This document shows, piece by piece, positions 40,801-49,584 of a DNA stretch of 64,000 nucleotides (its first letter is position 1; each line of letters opens with the position of its first letter). The notes below the pieces were generated by a model. The model saw nothing but the letters and a program-made list of their open reading frames with translations. It had not been told where the DNA came from and made no database searches. The stretch comes from a virus (Duplodnaviria; Caudoviricetes). The DNA lies in the IMG/VR virus record IMGVR_UViG_3300013382_000007, positions 32,001-96,000 of that record, one strand, 5' to 3'. A program made the translations under genes and the position numbers.

Positions 40801-41033
40801 ATGATGCACAAAATACTCCTGGTATAGATAATTATAGACAAGAAAGTTCTGCTCTTATGACACGTGCTAATCTTATTACATCAATGAATGGCTTTGGCTT
40901 ATTTAATGTTGATGTAAGTTTGACACCGACAAGAAAACCAGGATTAAATATCATATACGAAATAACAAGAATCAACGCATATAAAGCCAAAGAAAAAATC
41001 AATCAAGAATTAGGATTCAGAGCTGTGTATTAA
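34887..41033 (+). CDS. 2048-aa virion protein at the tape-measure position (tape measure or ejection protein)
   Basis: Follows the chaperone genes; N-terminal and late hydrophobic Gly/Ala helices; degenerate SNase/OB-like segment GTVSEVGKDNTFKL..YSVAGVD. Confidence 0.65.
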   Translation: MARRKKDNRRERSKRQPGLLDRIPTIVGAAAAVGISTAVLSNRSPSILSDSINKITHALGETATQLQKTNFRDFNIDTAKAAINKFASSYKEHTSQYNPINKNSLGSVFSNLAKVKSTASKIIKEESFTEGINELASKFKTGDELLDKRRFSVLNSFLRKDTKSLYNPNTDALFRFRKSATTKLGANGLFSDSEIADITNEAIEMSSLLFRKTGTTEEGFGKVTKYGGTLKSLKRYEKSLGNGSFQAKLDKLSDQLRESFLDIDSLEKRYGSASISSAKNTFAKDILNNDPLTLKQLAERYRSGDKNISHSSFMDKAVRDIEDLLSSADGERYGNLYWDKSLRIDKNGNIQNYSGINSIARKAKSFYDETIVAKVLKLDEFVNTDISPLIISNAGSFNPILEKLINKDSTSTRLTNTFLSINGKSFTYANGELNRLEDLDDIIKNVGKNSVAGKSMEKMFGADYDTGRTRGGILDFHESNKMNPVESAVSFFTKFNDPRYAKNEAKNVFGNIDTDSLDFDELEDLYGKYSDINKILQSNYDSLDKASAEKLYDSLSSLSGNNQVDELRKYLHILTEDDDAMTSSLTALASGSLSEDSLMSSKLSKELSILRSDPAKYIASNHTNNNFIPGMSRESVSAYDMLRRGVTDEAMMRLSTFSSIDEDMSSFITQVLGEGTDAADKTLNALYSSEFNNAFTDFANQSAESLQESYTNAINHVNSILQNNQKEKDKLFSIVNDNVSLLQSGFNDKEYFENEYSDNLFIQKGTSPLDLIRSLNDSEKFKSTAKQFGKQFIAGTDNPEDITSSTYGPFFFANRLLSGFERYGLGFSADAYKNTASLAANIMLKRVLPAAGVLYGLSYLNFETDNFTGSSLGEQFASGIANVDLGIRRITDTVGLSDSLRDLSISNPMFSYWSNEQEYQGYDERKEWYEDGYSPVRSGRWWSFGSSSEFRGGKISYFTPNYLRRVSSNYYDVSVYGSSDEKWKHSWIPTPRHPFSTLTALMDPYWLEEKHYEDRPYPVTGKLFEEGTPWGAVLNPTIGNLIKPQKRMHQDVLQGTTIDVRALIRKYNEDEKNKSDANSYVQIGGYNGVSTVKRPESSYGVPGEGFAPDYDVYYDTSNTAYYTPVSGNGSGGEGASIYDNSSMSNMTGYYGQVASDISAYDKLRASSNPIAFAASRVIPLDQISMINSATKQKSRNKISGYAPSGFIQDSGAYYTEGGPSFDPLAKQFDKNDFIESRSVEEWLRDASYSAKELGGIYGFAVDLAFPAQHKYIEANAGAMASFSGRFWDENVGGYGGDIMEIARRFFPHEDHSVTKINNIQNTMPEWIPERFHYSDPYTSLPKGDMRLPGPGYETLNELHPDSYGIYGSFDRFKILADIAPWSQEYKQWHRIVKQQNLSPEMQDEIKEIEDRVKRQNSRHTFYNKNYDIETEDINGTVSEVGKDNTFKLYGSDKVYSVAGVDLRSGQELSQFLTAGSDVKLTVDKKDLNNDVTGAIVYDYSNSGANVTRSIIEADAGTINRDTSIGVQAYSDGFSVLNALGESVAHAPIPFIHNKFLRVNTPMEAWEEEELYGTSYSTWNHPVEGYIKPAIRKTMAMTPMAIVANVALTGISKYIDSTDASDLIKAGAKSAEALTNPLAFAGGMASSLLTMNTKYTKLGVDIGEAIGLGVLAYKSADNPILSTITGTAIGATFGAQFFKTTHVKGAEVGALVGLGISALKNAYFDKDEMFGDYVPEDAQKRWDMQEYFDRLKYIKYSGLYEEAARQAKEKEGVDIKSILNRMEYAEEENKELQQKLLKYRNNIQNNSFLSYSERQEALSNIEGKLAQIKYNNDSVVIEGGEYTKAAIAYKKAAESTIYGLQDDAGWSEILKALPKNHRDFFMEFAKETDEDKRNEIRSKVSDYEGKVLDLVWNEKKSKIEDNAEYFTDHYLPNMSWVGWKPDTSLDNVQMKTIENEGMLLSDFGFYDSNLEEYDAQNTPGIDNYRQESSALMTRANLITSMNGFGLFNVDVSLTPTRKPGLNIIYEITRINAYKAKEKINQELGFRAVY

Positions 41034-41040
41034 TAGACAT

Positions 41041-41072
41041 AAGGTAGTGTAAATAGTTACACTACCTTTATT
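41041..41072 (+). terminator. Intrinsic terminator
   Basis: AAGGTAGTGTAA-ATAG-TTACACTACCTT followed by TATT. Confidence 0.75.
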
Positions 41073-41126
41073 CTGTCGGTAATATATTAGTATATTATAA
41101 ATGTTTCTTTGAGAGGATAATTTTTA

Positions 41127-44100
41127 GTGAAACGATCAAATAAAGTTAGATATAAAAAATATTCTTTACAAAATATACAGGAGCAATCTGCTCAGACTCA
41201 AAAAAATACATTTGATGTATTTAGCGACATAACAAGAGATATTTACAATGCTCGTATGGATCGTTTTATTACAAATGGATCTACAGAGCATTCTCTTATT
41301 ATACAACAAAGAAGATTTGATGCTGTATCGGTTTCTCCTGCTTCTGATAATTTATTAAAAGGACTTATAGGTCTTACGTTACCTAAGACAAATACTCCTT
41401 CTAATCTTATGCATTCTACAGTAAATAGAGCTGTTAAATACACGTATCAAAAGACTCCATATAGAAATAACCTATATGAATTCAATCAGTCTTTGGATGC
41501 TCTCAAAAAAGCTGTGAATACTGGCAATGCAACTGCTTATATATTTGACCTTGAAACTGTAACTGGTAAGAATGCAAAGAATAAAGAGCATTATACTGCA
41601 ATAACAGAATTATCTATAAAGAGCGCTACATTAGGTTCTGATGGTAAATTTCTTGAGACTACCGGAGATTCTATTGAAGGAATCATTGGATTCAACGCTG
41701 AACAAGAAGGCAATGTCAGAAACATGCTCGGAGATTATCTTTCCGGTAAAAGGAAAATTGATCCGAAAAGAATGTCTGAAGAGCAAAGAGTTGCTTTTAC
41801 AGAAATTCTTAACTTTGATTATGCATTTCAGAATGGCGGAGTATCTTCATCTGCTGAAATAACTGGTGGAGGTTTTAGACTTTATAAAACCAAATCCAAA
41901 TTGTCAAGAGAAGAGTTAGATGCAAGAGTTAAATCCATGTCACAGGGCGATCTTATTCAAGCGCTTGACAGAGGTATCTCTAAGCTTCGTGAAGTACATG
42001 ACAATTCTGATGCAGATATGGCGTTGCAAGAATATGCAAAAAGACTTCAGTCTGTTGATGGTAAGAATATATTTGCTGTTGGTGCTAATATACGCCAATA
42101 TGATATTAATGTATCGAGAGCATTAGGTTTGCTTAATGGCGATCCAACAAGAAATGGTATTATAGATATCACTGAGCTTGCACAGCATCACAATGCACTT
42201 ACTGGAAGTTCTACTCGTGCAGGAGCACAACAGTCTAATGTATTTAAGCAATTAGGATTATCATTACCTAATGGCATGGTTCCTCATATTGCATCAACAG
42301 ATACATATATGTCACTCGGAATCTTAAATAAGACCCTTGATCAAGGTGGATGGATAGATCAGAATTTAGCAGCTGGTGACAAAAGGCCAAAATCTGAATT
42401 TAAAATAGGTGGTATATATCGTGCCGGAGATACTGTTGATGCCCCAATATCTTTTGGTAGAGGAAAAGATGGCACAATAATATCTTCTACTGGTTATACT
42501 TATGATCCATTAAATAAGAATCATCAGTTACGAAGAAATTATGGTTACAGTTTTGGACTTCAGAAAGATATGTCCTATGAGCTTACCGGACATGAAGTAT
42601 TAGACATATCTCAATTATCTGAAGAACAAAAAACAAGTTTCAGAGAAATGGCTGGCGATAAATATCTTGGCAGTAAAAATCTGCATGTAGTTACTATGGC
42701 TCCTATACTTGATGCATCAGACCCAGAATATACTACTGAATCATTTACAAGAACCATTATACTTGGTGAGCAGGATTTTCAATCAGCTATAGGTTCATTA
42801 GAACATGTAGGTAATACAAAAATTTCTAAAGATGGTAAAAAGGCAAATATATTTTTTGCTGGCTATAAACCATCTGATATGAAGAATGGATCTACTATAG
42901 AAACTCATAACCTTGAAAGTACTGTAAGATCTTTTGAAGACAATCCATTCAAAATGCTTTCAAGCATGCATTCATATACATCTACTGATGTTGCTCATAA
43001 AGAACTAGTAGATCAATTGTCTTCTGCCATCGCCACAGGAGATCAAAAGCAAATAGATTTTGTAAGGTCAGAACTCGCAAAATCTATGCATGCATTCTAT
43101 GCTAAGAAGAATAATGGTATAGAGTTAACTGGTAAGATGGCAATGCATGCAGAAAGTTTTGCTAATATGTCTGAGCTTGTTCCAGTATTTAAGGACTATA
43201 TGCGAACTGAGCATGGTATATCTGATGTTACTGATTATACTGAAACATTTAATCAAGCCATTAAATCCTTTGTAGAAAATCTGACTATTCAGCCTAAAAA
43301 TAGTGGGTATACCGGTCAAAGACCTATTAATGTAGGACACATGGTTAAATCCAAGCCAGTTACCGGTGATGTTCTTACGTTTAATATAAGTGGCATAACC
43401 AGAGATACAGCGCAGCATGGTTCTATGACTCTTAATTTTAATGACTATAGAGGAGAAAATAGATATAAGCTTGCTGAAAGATTATGGAATGCTTCTGGAT
43501 ATAAAGCATCAGACTTTAAAGATACTGATGAATATAAAAAGGTTCAATTACTTAAAAACTTTACTGAATCTCTAATAGACGAAGATTCATATTCTGGAGT
43601 AAAGACTGCTGGATCAGGAATTAAAAAGAATCAAGCTGTATTAGATAAATTAGTCAATGCAGGTATATTAAGCTTTAATTCTGAATCTTTTGTCTATGGT
43701 GTATCAGATATATTTGATGGAGATGTTTCTGCATCGCAACTTATTGATAGAATAAGTGGATCAATACCTGATGAAACCATAAAATATCTTAAAGATACGC
43801 AAGACAAGAGTTCTGTATTATCTACCATGATATATGACGCTCTTAAAGAGAGCGGAGTCAGAACAACGAGCGCAGAAACAAGAATGTTACCTGAACTTAG
43901 GCCAGAAGAAACGTTTTTGTTTTGGGGACAAAATGCCGCAGTAACAAGAGTTAGATCAATGGATCAGGCTAAGGATCTATTTAAAAAAACGCTTGAGGCA
44001 ACCCCAATAATCCGTACAGTTCCTGCGTCTCATGCACTATCAAAAGACCAGAAAAAAACTACTATTAATAGTATGATGTCTGCTCTTGTAGATGAAGAAA

Positions 44101-47100
44101 TCGATCCTATTCATGGTTCTAAATTTGCAAACTTCTTATCTACCAGAGGATTTACTCAAGAAGAGATATCTAGAAAAGCTATTACAATTGGTGATACTAT
44201 AAGTGAATATCAAGACTATCTTAGTCATTTAGTATCAGCGTATAGCGAAGCCGGACTTGACTTCTCTATCACAGATAATGGAATTTATGCAAGAGATTCT
44301 GCATCAAAATACGTAAAGCTTAATCTACCTGAAATCAGAAGATATGATAATGGTACTGTATACATTAAATATGGCGGACAGGATGTAGCCATAGAATCAA
44401 GTGCCGTAATACATGATGGTAAAATTAAAATCCGTTCTCCATTCAGTAACAGAACTGGTAAGGCTATTAATAACTCTAATCGTACTATTGCCGAAAGTGA
44501 ACGTCTTGGAAATAAAGTGACTATAGAAACTCTCACACATCAAATACAAGAAGACTTCAGATATAATCTGGCTCAAGCTGGTGAAGCATTCCATGAAACA
44601 TCTTCTAATAGGTTTACGTCTGGTGGAACACTTAATGTAGTCGATATTGTTAGCAATATGTTTGGTGGACAAGGAAGTCTTGAATCAATTGGTGCATTAG
44701 GAAACTTTGCCTCAACAAACCCAACTGATTTCAGACGCATGAAAGATCTGTTTACAGAATTCAGACAAAACAATGCTGATAAACCAATTGATAACATACC
44801 AAGTATAGGACAAAAGTTCTATGAGTTATTTACAGCCAATGCTCCTACAATATTTAATTCAATAGCTGAATCAGGTGCTGTTGCAGACGATAGTGTTCGA
44901 AATATATTTGCAAGTCTCGCTCCATTCGCAACACAAGAAAAAACTATGGCGGGTGGATCTTATTTTATAGGAACACCAAGATATTCAACAGCCATGAGCG
45001 GTTTCTTCAATCAGAAACGTAATACCGGTTTCCAAAATGCTAAATCACCTATGAGTATGTCTGCCGAAAAACTTACTTCTATTGATGGTGTCCGTACTGG
45101 TAGAACTATTGAAACTGAAGAAATGATTAAGGCATTTTCTGGCAACACTGAGACAGTTGATTCTGTAAGAATAAAAATGGCTCATATGAATCAACGTGAA
45201 GTATATGACCGAATAGAAAAATATATTGATTCAGGTGCTATAAAAACTATTAAAGATGGTTATAGCGAAGATACAACTAAAGCAGCATTAGGTGTTTTAT
45301 TAGCAAGTAACGTTGAGAATGATGGCGCATTTGTTTCTGGCGAGCTTGCCAGAGCATTACCTCAAGCTAATGTCAATACAAAATCAATCGATCTTACAAG
45401 AGTCAATTTTAATGGTATAAGGTCTAAAAACAAAGAAGATGTTATAAAAGGTAGAGATATGATTCCTCAATTCTCTATCGATCCTAATAGTGGTGCTGTA
45501 ACAATAGAATACTCTAAGAGTTTCTTTGTTAAACAGGGTGAGAATCTTGTTATGCTTGAAAAAGATAAAACCTTAGCTGCGCAAATGACTACTACATACA
45601 CTACAGCCCAAAAGGATTACATTGCTTCTATAAGATATTTCAACGAAAATGGAGTAGAATTGTCCGAGAGACAAATAAATCAAGCACTTGCCGCATTAAA
45701 ACTGGATCCTGCTCTTTATGGAATGAATAATCAAGAAGTAAATGATGCAGTCAGCAAGATGCTTAAATCAAAAGGAATCACATCTACACTTAAATTAAAT
45801 CCTATTGATGTTGCAACCAAAATAGGTTATGGTGAAGAAAAAACATTTGCAACTCCATTACTTTTGGCATTTGGTGGAACACAAGTACAGAAGGATATTC
45901 TAGCTAAATATTCTGAGAAAGACAAGCGTGGTATTCTTGGTAGCGCTTCTGGTCATATTTTGAGTCAGGATGCATTTGATGTTATAGCAAACTATGTTGG
46001 TATGTCTAATGAAGATGTTAAGATAATGCAGCGTGAAATGCTTGCACCTACTATGTTTTGGAAAGGTGCATTAAAGGGCACAAGTGCAGCAGATGCATTA
46101 CTCTTTACTAATATCAACGAAGTTAAACACCAGAGTATATCTGATTCTGTTGCTATTATGACTCAGGACATAATAGATACATACAAAGATGACCCAGATA
46201 AAATAAATGCTATATTAAAAAAGGTTTATGGAGATAGTGCCATCTATGATCCTAAAAGACAATCTGCGCTCATAAGTAGTAATCTTGATTATATTAATAT
46301 GGATGAACTTACAAAGGCATATAAAACAATTTCTCGTAAATCTGGAGATATAGCAACAAGTACTGTATCTATTATTTCTGCTGATGACTGGAAAGCAGGA
46401 AAAGTTACTGGTAGTATAGCTAAAGATTTAGCACAAGTCAAACAGGCTTATCTTAACGGTGACATATCTTCTGATGAAGCAAGTAGAATGCAAGACCAGA
46501 TAAGACAAAGATATGCTCAAGATTATCGCATGGAAGGCACTAAGCTTAGTCAACAGGAAAAGAATATCTTTGGAACATATAAATATAATGATAATACTTT
46601 GTCTTCTTTTATCGGCGCAGAATCTGATGATGAATTTATATCCAGCACTCAAAAAGCTCTTGAACAACGTGGCATATTGTCAAAAACAGATGGATTATAT
46701 GCATTAACAGACCAGTATAGTAAGAATACTGAACCGATTTATTCTGGTACTTATGCAGCAATAGATAAAATAATGAAGAATGGATATGATTATGAAATAT
46801 CTACCAATCCATTAGGTATCGCTGACAGAAAATATCAGGCTAAGGAAATTATTGATGATTATCGACATAATATAGAACCAATAAACAATACTGATAATTT
46901 TGTTCTTAAAGAGGATCTAATTAAAAAGAGCGGCATAAATACCGTCTCTGCATCTCAAATGGCTATACCTACTGGAGATATAGCAACAGAGATGCTAAAA
47001 GATCCAAATAATCCATTTACTCATGATACAGTTATTGATCTTGGAGAAAGATTTAGCAATGATAGGTATCTTGCTGTAAAAGGATTAAACCCTAAATTCT

Positions 47101-49475
47101 ATGATGACACATTAATTAAAACTCAATATCAAAAAGAATTTTCTTCGCTTAGAAGAGAATCAGAAATGTTATCTGCATTAGATGAAGATAAGCTTGATAG
47201 AAGAATTATAGATAGTCGTTTTAGTGGGCGTAATCTTACTAAGTCGGAAATGCAACAGGAATTACAGCAGAGTATTCTTTCGCATAAGCAAAATATACTT
47301 GCACAGCAAGCAAATCTGCTCGGCGGCAAAAACTCAGTTGCAGCCTCTATAATGTCTGAACGTGCAGATATGAGTGCGATGCTTGAGTCTCAGACTGCTA
47401 CTATACCAATTGGTAGTAAGATGGAAAGCCTATATGATAATTTATCTTTTGAAGGTACATCAATTAAAGAGCATGTAAGCAAAGGTCATTATATAGATTT
47501 TGCTGTTGTAAACCCTGATGACATAAAACAAATGGGCATATTAGATAATGCCGATGAATATGTTGATTATCTAAAGAAAGACCGATCTGATTTTTATAAT
47601 ACGCTAATGGGACAAGTAGGACAAGATGCATCAAATGAAGATATAATGATGCAGGCTATGAGAACAGAAGGTATTAATATGTATGCCGGACGTTATCCTA
47701 CTGTTCATGAGCATAGTGTTATGGGTGTCAGAATGTATGCAAGTGATGATGTCCAAAGAAACACCATAAGGCTTCCACAGTGGACTCAGAAGAAAATGAA
47801 GAACGATAATGACTCAGACAAAGTCAGTGTCTTTAATATCTCTGAGGACTTTATGCAATCGCAGCAAGTAGATACTACAAACATTGCTATCCAATCTGCT
47901 GAAAATAAGACAATCGGAGATAAAGTAATTCAAGATTATATGGAAGGCAGGAGCAGTGACAACTTTGATCCGACTATCGCTGCAAGAGAACGTATGGTAT
48001 TTGGTCATGCATACAGAAATATTGCAGACTCATCTGAATATAATGATGTTCAGAATCAGATTAATCAAAGCCAGTATAGAAATGATTTTATTGATTTGTA
48101 TTCTAAGGCACAGAGTGCAGCTAATCCTAAAGAAGGATCTTATGCAGATGACATTTTTGCAGAGTTAGTTCAGCAAAGACAAAGTGACCAAGGATATGAT
48201 GCGAACTTTGCATATGAAATGAAAAGTCTATACATAGGTAAGCATCGTATGGATGAATCTCTTGTTGCAGAGATAGCACAGTCTAGTAAGGGTAAGGTCG
48301 GTTTTATAAACAATGCAGTAAGTACTTATACTAAAATAGGCGATCAGTTTACAACTGGCATGATAGGTCAAGTTGGAGACGATGCTGAACAAAAACTCAG
48401 ATATGAAGCTGCCAATGAATTGTTTAAAAAACAACGTGGAGACTTGATAGAAAATATTATCAATGCAAAGAATACTGCTGGTGCTGACCAATTAACCATA
48501 GTTTCAGATATGATAAACAATATGGGGATCATAGAAGGAGAATATAATAAAGATAAGGTTGGTATAGCTAAAGAAAAGCTTGCTGGTATCATAGATACTG
48601 CCATTGGTAGTAAGTATGAAGACTATATTGCTAGTTCCGCTGATACCGGTACATCTATAGCGAAGTATTTAACAAGTCAAGGATTTGACATAAATGATAA
48701 GAGTCAAATGCCCGAAATGCGAGCAGCTCTAGCAAATCTAGGTGTCGATGTTATGTCTGAAACTTCTCGTAGAGCTAATATTGACTTTATGCATAGGTCA
48801 AAAGTTGGAATATCTGCGTCTGGTGGTTATTATATTGATAATATCGATCTTAGAACTACTTCTGACAATGGACTTACATATAGTATAGATTATGATATGA
48901 CATTGCGTGATAGAGAGCCTAAGCGTGTTTCGCAGCAGTTTATTGAAAATAATGGCGACGCTATAATGCATACAGCGAAAATAGATACAGAATCAATTGC
49001 TAAAGAAGCATCTGAAAACGTTGCCAAAACAACTTCATCTATGGCATCTGGCAGCACTGCTAAAGTATTATCTCAAGCTATGAAAAACAATGTAAGTAAA
49101 AACATTGCTTTAGGTGCTCTTGGTGTTGCAGCATCTGTTCTTGCAGTTGGAATTATTGGCGGCAATCCATCTCATGCTCCACAAGATGATGCACAATCTG
49201 TTCCCAAAGACGCTTATAGATATGATAACTTTGATTATGGCACTGGTACTGTTATACAGTCGCCTCCAATGCAAAATCAAGGATATGTTGTTAATATGAG
49301 GGCATCTACAAATGGTTCTTATAGTGAAGCTCAAAGAAACATGGTTCAATCTGCTCAACAAAGTTATAGCGTTCCTGGTGGTAATATGAGTGTGTCTGTA
49401 AGACATAACTTCTCTTATTCTGCTAATCAGAATAATGATAAGTATATCGAAGGAATTCTTAATAGATTAATGTAA
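41127..49475 (+). CDS. 2782-aa putative single-subunit two-barrel RNA polymerase (virion RNAP candidate) with N-terminal DEDDh exonuclease
   Basis: GTG after GAGAGGA. DEDDh motifs: FDLET, [14 protein letters not shown]. Beta-like: [19 protein letters not shown]. Beta'-like: LLGGK..[46 protein letters not shown]. C-terminal hydrophobic helix. Confidence 0.75.
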   Translation: [2782 protein letters not shown]

Positions 49476-49481
49476 TGTAAA

Positions 49482-49515
49482 AAAATGGGTGACTCTGAAT
49501 TGAGCCGCCCATTTT
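49482..49515 (+). terminator. Intrinsic terminator
   Basis: AAAATGGGTGACTC / GAGCCGCCCATTTT stem with A- and T-flanks. Confidence 0.7.
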
Positions 49516-49584
49516 CTGTATAATCGTTATTGTCTGATAGTAATATTAAAATATACGATTACCTTCAAGCGAAAGGATTTTTGA

